This document shows positions 23,097 to 34,900 of a stretch of 64,000 nt of DNA, piece after piece. Position numbers and translations under genes: made by a program. The notes under the pieces are model-generated. The model searched no databases. It worked only from the letters and a program-made list of their open reading frames with translations, and was not told where the DNA came from. The stretch lies in assembly GCA_000004985.1 (NCBI GenBank), contig GG738845.1. The stretch is one strand, 5' to 3'. Source of the stretch: Naegleria gruberi. Its lineage: Eukaryota. Each line of letters starts with the position of its first letter. The first letter of the stretch is position 1.

Positions 23097-23169
23097 TGGA
23101 GATGCGGGGTATCGATCCCCGTACCTCTTCCATGCTAAAGAAGCGCTCTACCATGTGAGCTACATCCCC
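23097..23169 (-). tRNA. tRNA-Ala (anticodon AGC), 73 nt
   Basis: A cloverleaf I folded by hand. The acceptor stem GGGGATG/CATCTCC has the G3:U70 alanine identity pair. The D stem is GCTC/GAGC, the anticodon stem CTTCT/GGAAG, the loop TTAGCAT with U33 and A37, and the T stem CGGGG/CCCCG. A discriminator A is present and no CCA is encoded. The T loop ATCGATA has A54 instead of T54, and the D loop deviates from the usual A-box. Confidence 0.8.
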
Positions 23170-23369
23170 TTCACATTCACTATAAACATTTCCTGATAAT
23201 ATTACTTATTCGAATTGTGGGCTGCTTCTAGACCATGAAAATTAAACTTTGTCATCCTTGTTATCTTCAATGCATTACTTACTTTTTGTCACAAGGCAAT
23301 CGAAATTAATCATTTGAAAAAAACATTCAATCAATTTCCTTCATCACACAATAACTCTTTTTTAAAAAA

Positions 23370-23822
23370 ATGGCAATTCAATTTCTCGGAGTGTTAGTGA
23401 GAGCAGCTGTTGCAGTGGGTTCTATCGCAGTCGGTGCCTTCAGAGATGCCTACAAACAAGCAGCTGCTAGAGGTGCTGCTGCAGGCGCTGCTGGTGCCAA
23501 TACTGGAGCTTTTGGACAAAAATTAGACGTTACCAAATCACAACCAATGACCATGATGGAAGCACAAAAGATTTTAGGATTACCAAAGGTTGCTGAAGGT
23601 GAAACTGTGGATTATAATCTCGTTCAAGAAAAATTCGATAAAATGTTCAAGAATAATAACCCAAAGACCGGAGGAAGTTTTTATATTCAATCTAAAATAA
23701 TAAGAGCTAAACAATTTATTGAATATGAACTGATAAAGGAAAACAAATTAACTGAAGAACAAAGACTCACATTTGAAGAAAGGACAAAGAATATTGTGGA
23801 TCAACACTCTTCCGAAAATTAA
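23370..23822 (+). CDS. pam16: Mitochondrial import motor subunit Pam16/Tim16 (Magmas-like)
   Basis: The N-terminal hydrophobic segment is followed by the degenerate J-like region MTMMEAQKILGL...GGSFYIQSKIIRAKQFI. Confidence 0.7.
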   Translation: MAIQFLGVLVRAAVAVGSIAVGAFRDAYKQAAARGAAAGAAGANTGAFGQKLDVTKSQPMTMMEAQKILGLPKVAEGETVDYNLVQEKFDKMFKNNNPKTGGSFYIQSKIIRAKQFIEYELIKENKLTEEQRLTFEERTKNIVDQHSSEN

Positions 23823-23986
23823 GCTCTCCTCTTTTTCACTTTTCCAATTTCCCTCTCTAATTTTCCCACCAATTCTCCTTTTAATAAAAACTCAAAAAAT
23901 TCAATCATAATGATATGTATTGAATTCTCCTATTAAATATGATTTGACATCAAAATGATCAAATCTATCAAATTAGAAAACAAAAA

Positions 23987-24694
23987 ATGGCTGTAACGGT
24001 AATATTGCATGACTTTTGGTTTGTTGGTTCGGAACAAAAGTTACTGACAGACAAGTTTCAATCTCTACCCCCAGTTAGATATCCAATTTCTTATCAAATA
24101 TTATGTGCATCCTTTGCAACTTTAACAACTAATTCATGGACTGTGTATGAGGAGGAAAAAATTGAAGAACCAAGAATGGGACCTTCAGGATTATTCCTCT
24201 CCTGTAAAAAACTATTCGATATTTATTTACGCTTGGTACGTGACTATGATGGTTTCATAGAAGATGATTCATTGCAAGAGGGACTTTGGAAGAATTGTAG
24301 AGCCACCGATTTCTATGGTGAACAACCAGAGGAGATGAAAACAGCTTTCAATTCTTTATTCAAAACTGGAGTATTCAAAAGTAAAGACAAATTAAAAGAG
24401 CTTGAGAATGAAGAATTGAATCAAGTAAATAGAGCAACAAGAAACATTGATAATGACATGATAGGAGAGGGTCCTTACACAAATCGTGTACTGAACTGGT
24501 TGAAATATGTTAATGGACTTGAAGGAGGTGATGATTGGGGTGATCATGCTCTGGTTTTTTATTTTGAAATTAAGAGAACCAGTTCAGATTACCATGGCAA
24601 TGAATACCAAGATGACCTTCTCCCAATGTTATGTTCCTGTAAATATATGAAATATTTCTATGAGAACAAGAGAAAGGAGAAAAAATTAAAATAG
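23987..24694 (+). CDS. Hypothetical protein (235 aa)
   Basis: A clean ORF from ATG to TAA. I recognise no motifs. Confidence 0.4.
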   Translation: MAVTVILHDFWFVGSEQKLLTDKFQSLPPVRYPISYQILCASFATLTTNSWTVYEEEKIEEPRMGPSGLFLSCKKLFDIYLRLVRDYDGFIEDDSLQEGLWKNCRATDFYGEQPEEMKTAFNSLFKTGVFKSKDKLKELENEELNQVNRATRNIDNDMIGEGPYTNRVLNWLKYVNGLEGGDDWGDHALVFYFEIKRTSSDYHGNEYQDDLLPMLCSCKYMKYFYENKRKEKKLK

Positions 24695-24834
24695 ATTTCA
24701 ATTATTAATTAAAAAAATAAGGATGATAACAAGCAATATTACTACCCTGTATTATAATTTCATTGTTTTAATTTTAAATATTTTAATCAAATTTAGATCA
24801 CAAAAATAATTCCAAATTTATTAACACAAAAAAA

Positions 24835-26559
24835 ATGTTGAGAAAATCACTCACCACTGTATCATCACAAGGCGGAAAAAAGTTGATGTTTGCCAATAGC
24901 AATAAATTGGCTCTGTTCAACAACAATAACATCACTACTTCATCTTCTTCCTTCCATACCGCTTCGCAAAAGTTCGATACAACAAAACCTGCTGCTGCCC
25001 CTATTGCACAACAACAACAACAAAAGGGTAATAATAACAGTGGAAGCGGACAACAAACAAGTGGAGGATCTATGGGTAAAACTGTTGTCATTTCAACACT
25101 CTTGACTGGTGCTCTCGGTGTTGGTTTTGTTCTTTATTTTAATAATTATTTGCAATCACTTGAAAAGAAAAACCAAGAACAAGCTTCATCTATTGAATCA
25201 CAAAAAAAGAAAATTCAAGCTGAAAAACTTGAACAAGATAATGATAAGATTAATTCTATTAACTCTGAATTGGAAGGATTGGAAAAGGCTCACTCTGCTA
25301 AATTGTCAGCCTTGAAGGAAACTTATACCAACAAGATGAATGAATTACAACATCAATTGAATGCTATCAATGAAAAGATTACATCATTAGAAAAGGAAAA
25401 GAATGATCTTTCTGTAACTCTTGAAAAAAATAGAAAGAAACAACTTGAATTGCTCTCCGAAAAGGAAAATTTAATCTCTGAAAAGAAAACTTTGGAAGAT
25501 CAATTAAATAGCTTTAGTAGTTTGAAGGTCAGAAGTACTGATGCCGTTCTCTCTGATATTTTGGGAAGACAAGTTGAAGAAGGTGAAGTCCTCACTGAAG
25601 AAGATAGAGACAAGTTCCTCTCACGTATTCAACGTTTGGAATCTCAAGTTAAGAGAAAGGATAAAATGATTGAACAAATCAAACAAGAAACTGAAGAAAA
25701 TATTCAAAGAATTAAGACTATTAGTCAAGAAAAATTACGTGCTGTTCAATCTGAATCTGAAGAAAGTATTAAGAAATTGGAATCTGAAATGGAATCTGTT
25801 AAAAATGAATATAGTGCTTTAATTGCCAAGGAAAGAGAAACTATTCTTGATGAATTTGAAAAGAAGATGCAAGAACAAGCCCATAGTTTATTAATTGGAT
25901 ATTATGATAGTGTACTTGATAGATCTAAACATGTCCAAGAATTGACAAACAAAGTCTATGCTATGGAAGAAACATTCAAGGTTGCATCTGCTAATTTCTC
26001 AAATAATATTGATTTACAAAACTTGACAGCTGCTGTTTTGGCTTTGCAAGATACTCTTCAAACAAATGCTCCATTCAAGCCAGAAGTTGATACTCTTAAG
26101 AGATTATCAGATAATGATGAATTTTTGAAGGCTGCTTTAGAATCTATTCCAAAATCGATAACAGAATCTGGTGTATTGAAACTTGATGATTTGACATCTA
26201 GATTCAAGATTGTTAAAAAGAAGGCTATCGAGGCATCACTTATACCAGAAGAAACTGGTCTTATGGGTCTCCTCTTGGCCAAGACCTTATCTGTAGGAGT
26301 TGTTGCTGAAGAAGGATTTGTGGATGGTGATTCTTTACCAGCTATTTTATCCAGAGCTGAATTTTATTTAAAGCAAAAGAGATTAACAGATGCTGTCAAT
26401 GAAATCAATAAGGCTTACTGTGTTGCTCCAAAGAATGTCACACAAGTCATTGAAGATTGGGCAACCGAGGCAAGAAATAGACTTTTAGTAGAACAAGTTC
26501 TTGAAACTATGTCATCACATTTGGTCATACAATCACACTCCTTAAAGCAACAAAAATAA
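24835..26559 (+). CDS. mic60: MICOS complex subunit MIC60 (mitofilin)
   Basis: After an N-terminal presequence-like region comes one TM (VVISTLLTGALGVGFVLYF), then a long coiled coil. The C-terminal mitofilin signature is AEFYLKQKRLTDAVNEINKA...VIEDWATEARNRLLVEQ. Confidence 0.75.
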   Translation: MLRKSLTTVSSQGGKKLMFANSNKLALFNNNNITTSSSSFHTASQKFDTTKPAAAPIAQQQQQKGNNNSGSGQQTSGGSMGKTVVISTLLTGALGVGFVLYFNNYLQSLEKKNQEQASSIESQKKKIQAEKLEQDNDKINSINSELEGLEKAHSAKLSALKETYTNKMNELQHQLNAINEKITSLEKEKNDLSVTLEKNRKKQLELLSEKENLISEKKTLEDQLNSFSSLKVRSTDAVLSDILGRQVEEGEVLTEEDRDKFLSRIQRLESQVKRKDKMIEQIKQETEENIQRIKTISQEKLRAVQSESEESIKKLESEMESVKNEYSALIAKERETILDEFEKKMQEQAHSLLIGYYDSVLDRSKHVQELTNKVYAMEETFKVASANFSNNIDLQNLTAAVLALQDTLQTNAPFKPEVDTLKRLSDNDEFLKAALESIPKSITESGVLKLDDLTSRFKIVKKKAIEASLIPEETGLMGLLLAKTLSVGVVAEEGFVDGDSLPAILSRAEFYLKQKRLTDAVNEINKAYCVAPKNVTQVIEDWATEARNRLLVEQVLETMSSHLVIQSHSLKQQK

Positions 26560-26645
26560 TTTGTGAAATTGTGAAATAGTTGGTGTAATAAAGAGCTCAA
26601 TATGATATTTAAATATTCGCAGTACTTCATAAAGTTTGTTGAGAA

Positions 26646-26657
26646 TTTGGCGCCAAT
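26646..26657. promoter_or_regulatory. Palindromic E2F-like site TTTGGCGCCAAT, ~40 nt upstream of the RRP8 ATG
   Basis: The GGCGCC core with T/A-run flanks. Confidence 0.45.
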
Positions 26658-26697
26658 TTTTTAAACCAACAAATTATTTCAAATTCAAACAAAAATA

Positions 26698-27735
26698 ATG
26701 CCACCACACCAAAAGATATTCAACAATAACAGCAAGAAGAGAAAACAAGCTGAGAAGAGAAAGGAAGAAACCGAAATATTTGAAGAGGAAGATGATGAAA
26801 TTGTCATCAAGAAAGTAGAAGATATTTCTATTGCCTCTCCGGATGCAAAGAAAAGAAAGGTTGATAGCAAACCAACAAAACAACAAACTCCAATCAAACA
26901 ACAACAACAGGCACCAACAACAACAAGTAAGAAACAAAACAAAACATCATCATCAACACAACAGGGTTCTTCTTCCTCTCAATTAACATCCCTCCAACAA
27001 GAATTCCAAGAGAAATTAAAATCATCTAAATTCCGTTTCTTGAATGAAAAACTTTACACCACAACAGGTCATCAAGCAAAATTGCTCTTTGAAAAGGATC
27101 CTTCTCTGTTCACTCTTTATCATGATGGATATAGACAATCAATGGAAAAGTGGCCATTCCAACCTGTTAAAAACATGATTAAATATTTAAATGGAAAACC
27201 ATTGAACTGGGTTGTTGCTGATATGGGTTGTGGAGAAGCTGAAATTGCCAAGAATGCAAAGCAAAAGACAATTCACTCTTTTGATTTAGTTGCTGCAAAT
27301 GATAAAGTTGTAGCTTGTGATATGAGAAAGACACCTCTCTCAGAGGAATGTGTTGATTGTGTCATCTTTTGTCTTTCATTGATGGGCACCAATTTTTATG
27401 ATTATTTGAGAGAATCATCGAGGATTTGTAAACAAGGAGGTTGTTTGAGAATTGCAGAATTGGAATCAAGATTTTTAACAGAGGAAACAAAGTCAAATAC
27501 TATGGAAGATGAAGTTCCATCAAAATCACCAAAGAAGAAGATTAACCCATTCGTAAAATTCGTTTCATGTGTTGAACATTTTGGATTTAAATTACAAAAA
27601 CAATCCACACCAAATGGATACTTTGTAATTTTTGAATTTGATAAGGTTAAGCCTTACTCTGAGGTAAAATCCCTCAAAGATCCAAACTTTACCAATCTTG
27701 ATGTCTTGAAGCCATGTATCTATAAGAGAAGATAA
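26698..27735 (+). CDS. rrp8: rRNA-processing methyltransferase RRP8
   Basis: The N terminus is K-rich. The SAM-methyltransferase region is ADMGCGEAEIA...SFDLVAANDKVVACD...CVIFCLSLMGTNFYDYLRESSRICKQGGCLRIAELESRF. Confidence 0.75.
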   Translation: MPPHQKIFNNNSKKRKQAEKRKEETEIFEEEDDEIVIKKVEDISIASPDAKKRKVDSKPTKQQTPIKQQQQAPTTTSKKQNKTSSSTQQGSSSSQLTSLQQEFQEKLKSSKFRFLNEKLYTTTGHQAKLLFEKDPSLFTLYHDGYRQSMEKWPFQPVKNMIKYLNGKPLNWVVADMGCGEAEIAKNAKQKTIHSFDLVAANDKVVACDMRKTPLSEECVDCVIFCLSLMGTNFYDYLRESSRICKQGGCLRIAELESRFLTEETKSNTMEDEVPSKSPKKKINPFVKFVSCVEHFGFKLQKQSTPNGYFVIFEFDKVKPYSEVKSLKDPNFTNLDVLKPCIYKRR

Positions 27736-27890
27736 TATGTGTGAAATAAATTACATTTTTCTAAAATGAGATACTTTTTGCAAGATGTGAATGGCATGGT
27801 ATGGTACATAATTGGAATTTACAGTTTCCAGCCAAGTTGTTAAAACTTGCAAGTTAGTGTTAGAATTCATTGATAAATGTAACTGAATTA

Positions 27891-27902
27891 TTGGCGCCAA
27901 AA
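27891..27902. promoter_or_regulatory. E2F-like site TTGGCGCCAAAA, ~15 nt upstream of the ATG of the Cys-rich zinc-finger gene
   Basis: Read directly from the sequence. Confidence 0.45.
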
Positions 27903-27916
27903 TTGTTACCGCCACT

Positions 27917-28959
27917 TTGAAAATGCAAACGTTTCAATTTCCTCAATTTAAAAAAATGTCAACAGCATTAAGGATAGCGATTGCTCATCGCAATTCTTCA
28001 CCAATTCAACAACAGCAGCAACAATTAGTTCAAGAAGTACCTCCTTCATCACCTCAAGTAACCTCTCCCTCCCAAACCTTCTACTATGCCAATGGTTCTA
28101 AAGTTTCCAACACACAGAACATTCATGTTTGCAGAATGAAGAATGGATTGGAACATACACCCAATGGAAAGGAAAAGGACGCCTTCAAGTACTATTGTCC
28201 TATATGTATGATGTATTTTAAGAGTAAGTAATTGCGTTCCGAAGTTAGTTCGGTTTATCATGTGATGATAAATTGTAGAAATTTTCAAAGTCGACTGTTG
28301 TTCACAATATATATGTAAATACTGTATGGAAGATATACTGGATCATGGTAAAACAGCTAAATGTTCCTCACTGAGTTGTCCCTATTGTTTAAAGGAACAA
28401 GTAAGGTTTAAACCAGTTGATAAACGAGAACAAGTAAGAAGCTATTCGGATGAGATGCCAAAACCTTCTCCCTCTTCCAAATTGAATAATACGATAATAT
28501 CTAACAACTCGAATAGTTTGAAAACACATGAAACTCCTTATTTCCACAGAAGATGCTAAAGTTGAAGCTCAACGATGCTCCTCTCCTCTCTCAATAAGAA
28601 GTAACAGAATTATTCCACTCAGAAAGACAAAGAGTGAATCTCAAATGGTCATGTTTGATGATTTGTTCTATATTGAAAATGAGCAACCACTGGAAAGACA
28701 ATTGTCATTCTCATCACAAGATGATGGTCCAAAATTGTTTGAAACTAAATTGGACACTACGTTTATTAATGTTGTTCCTGCTAGAAAACAGAGATCAGCA
28801 CCATCAACTTTAGGAACAAGAAAGCATGTTAAGAAACAGCCATTATTTGATAATAACTTTAAAAAGGAAAACGACATTATTCGGGACGAATTTACTCCTA
28901 GAGCTTCTCAAAAGAAAAAGTTTAGAAATCCTGTAAAGGAATGTTGTTGCTTCCAATAA
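27917..28959 (+). CDS. Cys-rich zinc-finger (RING-like) protein; 2-3 exons
   Basis: Exon 1 is 27917..28223 (...KYYCPICMMYFK). A 55-nt intron lies at 28224..28278 (GTAAGT...TTGTAG). Exon 2 is 28279..28515 and continues IFKVDCCSQYICKYCMEDILDHGKTAKCSSLSCPYCL. A tentative 34-nt intron at 28516..28549 (GTTTGA...CACAG) would link to exon 3, 28550..28959. If it is not spliced, the CDS ends at 28559. Confidence 0.5.
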
Positions 28960-28964
28960 TAAAT

Positions 28965-31900
28965 TTATTGAGAATCACCACCTGTTTGATCAATTAGGTC
29001 TGTTTCACTATTGTCATGATCATTTTCTTGATTTGTAATATGTTGGGTGCGATTAGAATTTTCGACATGGTGAACATGTTCATCTATCAAATTCATGGCA
29101 TTCAAACTATTCCTCAATGATGGGGTATTACTAATAACACTTGGTTGCTTGTCGAAATATTCTTCAGTATTATTCAAATCCAATGTTGTTCCAACAACAT
29201 CAGGTGGTTGCAGAACAGTAGTCAATTGTGGTGAGCCACTAGTTGCTGGTTGCTGTTGTTGCTGAAGCTGTGAATCAGTAGTAGGAAGAGTGGCTTTAGA
29301 ATTCTTTCTGTTGAGATTCTTCGTTGATGGCATTCTAGTGTTGTTTGGTTGTTTTTGAGGTGTTTCTTGTTTCTTCAAAGACTTCTTTTTCAACCTCGCC
29401 TCCTCTTGTTGCAAATAATAATTGAGAGATTCAACTATTGGACCAGATGGATTACTAATTCTTCCTTCTTTCTGTTTCTTATCAACAAATTTAACAAGTT
29501 TAACATGGAAACACTCTTGTTGAGTTTCTCTATATGAATTCTTATGATACCATTCTGGTTTCAACCAACTTCCCATCGGATCAAATATTATAGAATAGTA
29601 ATAACGACACGAAGTATCTGTCAGTCTCTTAACCATGAATGCAGTTTTAATCTCAGCTCTATATTTGTTGATTGGCATTTTAGGATTGTTGATGGAACGA
29701 GATATGCACAAGTAAACTTCTTCCTTTCTATCGTATTGACAACTGTAGGCATGAACTAGCTCTCTATTCTTGTGTGGGAATGGCATTTTGAATATTTCAT
29801 GACAAACAGTATGCGCATACTTTCCAACTTTAACGAAATCAATTTGTTGAGATTGAATCAAATGGTCAATCCTGGTACCATACGAGTCGTGGTCAATCCA
29901 GGCATTGAATAATTCGTGATGTGTACAATTCATATCATAAATGTACTTGATTTGCACGTGACGTCTTGAATTAGAAAGGTGATTGTGAGAAACCTCTGGT
30001 GCGAAATAAGTTTTACCACCAGAAGTTTCGAATATAACTCTCCACTGATTCAAATCTTGTAATAATTCCTTTCTATTATCAAATTCCCAATCATTAAATC
30101 TGTGATTTTCCAAATTAATAATTTCAGTTCCACACTTTTCACAAAACAGAATAAATTCCTTCTCATCATCTTCATCTGCACTTGATGATTCTCCTTCTCC
30201 TTTCATGTAGGATCTCAACTGTTCTGGATTTCTCTTCTTTTGTTCCAAGAATTTGCTGAAAATTTTTGATTTGACAAAGCTTGGAAATTCGTGTTTGAGT
30301 GCCCTAACAGACAAATTGTAAAAGTTTTCAAATAGGTCAACTGGACAATTATCTTCATTACATTCATTGAATTTAATTTGAAATGGTCCAAATGCATTCT
30401 TCATGTATTTAAATTTCAATCTCTTTGGAGCATTTTCTGCCAAATATTCCTTCACTAAATGCTTAGCAATTCCAAATCTAACTGGAGAGCTTGCATTATC
30501 CTTGTACTCAATGGCGTGTAAATAGAAAGCCAAAATATCAGCTAATTGTATGAATATTGAAATGTATTGTAATGATTCAACCTTCATAACTACACTTACA
30601 GTTTGGAGTTCCATTTACGAATTCCTTAAACAAATTGATAAATGCTGTATCTTGAACAATTTTAAGGAATTGATAAGTTTCGTGTGAGTGTAAATTCACA
30701 TTTGAGAACATGGCTTCGAATGATTGGTCTGAAACTGTCATTAAAGAAATATCATGGTGTTTCTCTTTCAATAAATAAGTTGAAACCACAACTGATGGTT
30801 TAATTTCCAAACCTTTCACTTCATCAAATTCGAAAATATCGTACACTCTTTCATAAGTCTTTCTGCTGACTTGAATTCTTCCAGGTATTCCCTTCGATTC
30901 CATCACTTGGCAAATTGTCATTATCAATTTTCAAATTACAAAACTTACAATTAGCTATAGTTAATGTTTCTCCCCACAAATCATATGCAAATTTGAGATT
31001 ACCAATACATCCAGCAATAACTGGTCCTGAGTGAATTCCAATTCTAATGTTCAAATTCTTATTTTGTTGCGCATTATATTTTGTAATGACTGATAACATG
31101 TGAGTGGCGAATAGAATAACCTTTTCGGGGTGATCTGACGATTGGTTTGACATGCCTCCTACACAGAAGTAGGCATCTCCAATTGTCTTTATCTTTTCCA
31201 ATCCGAACATGTGTGTTAAATTATCAAATCCATTCACAATGTGATTCAATAATTGAATGAGCTCAGTAGCTGTCAAAGTTGATGACATTTTGGTAAATCC
31301 AACCATGTCACTATACAGACAAGTAACATCATCAAACTTTTCTGAAATACATGTTTCACCAGCTTTCAATCTCACAGCAATACGTTCAGGCAAAATATTT
31401 AACAAAAGAGAATCAGATTTCCTGCGTTCCTCTTCGAGTAGAATTTTAAACTTCTTCTCAAATGTAATGTCTCGCAACAAGATGGTGACTAGATTCTTAT
31501 TTTCGTACATGTAAACAGACAGAGAAACTCCAACAGCTACAGTCGAACCATTCTTTCTCAATGCTTCTAGTTCAACATATTCGCCAATGGATTGCTTGGC
31601 TGAGAACATGACATCGAGGAGCAATTTCAATTTACTAGCTTGTTCACCTTCACCAAAGAGTGCCATTACATCTGTTATTTCATTCATGGCGTATCCTAAC
31701 ATTTTACAAGCAGATTGATTAATAATTTCAACGAGAGTCGTGTTGGTTTTCAAGACAATCACTCCATCAACTGCTCCATCTAAAATAGCTTGTGATTTGC
31801 TTGTTTTACTCTTTTCCTTACGCTCTCCCAAATTGTAAAACAATACGAATTGTTTAATTTCTTCAATATGTGAAATTGTGTCAGTTGGTAGCATGTTCAA

Positions 31901-34900
31901 TAATCTTCTCAAGTGATTGCATTCCTCAGTGTATTTGTTTAATTGAGAATAGTGAAAGAAGCAATTAATGAATATCAAGAATAAGGCTATGATGTAGATG
32001 GCCAGAGAAATTGGAATTCTCACCCCAATCATTGAGCTCACTAAATAGGTTGATAACAAATCAATCTTATCGCTAATCAGCTTATTGATTTGAATTAATT
32101 TGATAAATAAATTTTCATTTTCCAATCCCATGTTGGATGAATATAAGCTATCCATAATTACGGCATAATTTTCAATTAATGAATCTAAACCGTCACACGC
32201 ATACTTAATATGACAATTATTTGAGGTATTGGAGTAAATGTCGGAAATAGCTGTGATGTGAATAGAGTTGCTGTAACTTGTTTCATTTGTATAACTATCT
32301 TCAAGAACCTCATTCATCATTAAGGCAAATTGCTTGACATTTTCTGGATATTGTTCAGATCCATACCTAAATAGAATCCATGATTCTTCTAGACCTGATT
32401 GAAGACTATATTTATACGTATTACTTTCCAAGTAAGTATTAGTAAGCATCAACTGCTCACTGCTAATTGAATTCAAAAATTTTCCCATATGACTTATTTT
32501 AAATGTTACACTGTGTGAATATGAATCAGTAACCATCGACTCCCAAAATGATATAGATAATGATATAATTGAAACACAATAGGTCATTACCACGATCAAT
32601 AGTAATTTCTTTGAGAAATTGAGAAAAGATGGAGAAATATTGTGATTCTCATTCGATTTTTGTCTTGACAATTTCTTTTCCAATGAGTGAAATATCATAC
32701 CAACAACATCTTTAGGTATTTTAGTGAAGAGTGAAATGATCTTTTCTTTGGTATTGAAAAACAGCTTTGAAAATATTAAGTACAGTATAAACACAATACT
32801 GAAGGAGCCAATTAATGTGCTGAATACAATAATTAATTGATCTGATGGTTTTGAAATCATTTCATTAACCATAGATTGGCAGAAACGTGTTAAATATTCA
32901 CTTGTACTGTTGTGGTTCAATTCTAAGTACAAATATTCATAATTACTATTGAGTGTTTCTAGAGTTGTAAATTTCCAATTCTTGATAGAATCTCCAATAA
33001 CATTCAAATCAGTTATCATTGTGGAGATGGATACATTTTGATAATTGATCACCACTCCATTCTTTGAAATTGTTGGAATAATGACAGGGAAATTGTTTTG
33101 TGAATAATAGTTTAGTTCAGTATTTTTCAATACTCCATACTGATTCATTTTCCCCTTATTTAGAAAAGTTTCCAAAGTGGATATTCTACTCTTGAAGTAA
33201 TTGAAATAATCAAGGGAATGGTAATGGCTGGCTAGTTTTACTTCTCTTAGTAATGAATGAGGAATAAACGATAGCTGGCAACTATTCTTAATTGTAATGA
33301 TGTCGCTTCCATTGGAAGTAACAATAAAACTTGTGATAATAGCCCCAGTTATGAATAGTATGGAAATAAATTGAATAATCAACAAGTAAATATTCTGCTT
33401 TTTCAAATTCAAATGAGTGTTAATAGAATCTCTGAAAACTTTTTCAGTCAACCTGAATGACTGTTTTTTAGTAAAAGATTCATTGATTGGTATTATTTTA
33501 GAACTTGATCTTTTGAAACTCTTTGATCGATCTAAATCAATACTTGAAGATTTTGTATCAATTTCTGAATTTTGAAAAGCATCCATATAGTCATTATTTT
33601 CAAATAAAAACTCAGCAAAAAATTGTTGCTTTCTCTTCAATATTTGTTGATTTTCTGGGTAGTTCAACATTAAGTGATTGAAAATAGATAATATTGACTC
33701 CTGTACATTGAACATTTCATGAATTAGTGAGTCAATTTTTTCCAAATCATCTTCATTCGAAACAAAGTATTGCCAAAAGAACTTTCTTAAAAATCTCAAC
33801 TTTTCCTGAAGATTTAGTTGCCTCTCCAATAGTGTTCTAATCTCTGAAGTTGTCTGCTGTCCTGAATTCAACTCAATTTCCTGTATTTTAGTTTGGATTA
33901 TTAATCGTTGAAGGATATTTGATTGTCTGTTAGCATATCTCAAAGTATTGAGTGAAAACAGAGGATTATCATGAAATATGGATGTGTAAACTGCACTCAC
34001 AATCAAAGTTGAAATGTTGAGTTGTGACTTTTTACTCATGCAAAATTTAATCAATTCCTCATCCAATTCAGTAGCATGCATTTTCAATTTTAGACAATTC
34101 TTTAGATACTTCTCTGGAAAGTTGTGATTGAAAAAACTAACTCCGTCCATTTGATTTCTGTATTCGAGAGCAGCTCTCTTCATTATTAGATTGTAAATTT
34201 CAACAATTCCAAAACCAATAAAAAAGAGAATTATCAAACCTGATATTCCACCTCCTAATAAAATAGACAATCCTATTGGCATGTCATTAGTAGTATTCAC
34301 GTAGAGAGATACAATTTCACTTTCACTACCACTAAGTTTGGCTAAAATAACTCCTCCATATATTGAGCCAAATCGATGATTTAAAAAAGGCATGTTCAAT
34401 ATTAAATATACAAATAGTAAAATTGAAATGATGACGTTTAGCAATGGTCTAATGATAAATACTTGAGGAGGAATAAATTGAGAAATAAATACATATAATT
34501 GGTTGAGAATTGAAAATATTGCAATAAATTCAAATGATTCCAATGAAAGAAAGGATGGTCTTCTTCTCATTCCCAAACTACTAGATTCAATGATTATTAT
34601 AATACCTAATATTGTGAGTGGAATTTGTACAATTATGTAAACAATTGAAAATCCAGCTAATATTCCATTAAACAAGGACCAACACTCTACGTTTGGAAAT
34701 CTTCTGAGTCGATATGAATTTTCATTATAATCACATGCAATAAATGTTGTTGCCCAATACGTAAATACCAAATTAAATATTGCAAAAATACATAAAAATA
34801 TTCTGACGAAATACTTGAATTTCCCTAAATAGGAACTTCCGTTTTTAAATGCTAAATATGAAAAATATAAACTTAATAAAGTTAATAACTCGAAAGAAAA

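Noticed and set aside
30577-30614. Alternative model: the cyclase gene ends at TGA 30577 and a separate RGS gene starts at ATG 30614, overlapping by 38 nt
   Set aside because: Same-strand overlapping genes are rare. A canonical GTAAGT at 30599 and a CAATTAG acceptor at 30542 are phase-compatible. RGS helices alpha1-3 (SFEAMFSN…AFINLFKEF) are encoded upstream in the cyclase frame, so only the spliced product has a complete RGS domain.
31257-31514. ORF 31257..31514 (+), and similar short ORFs opposite the cyclase gene (29349..29759, 30215..30397)
   Set aside because: They are antisense to a long, well-supported coding exon.
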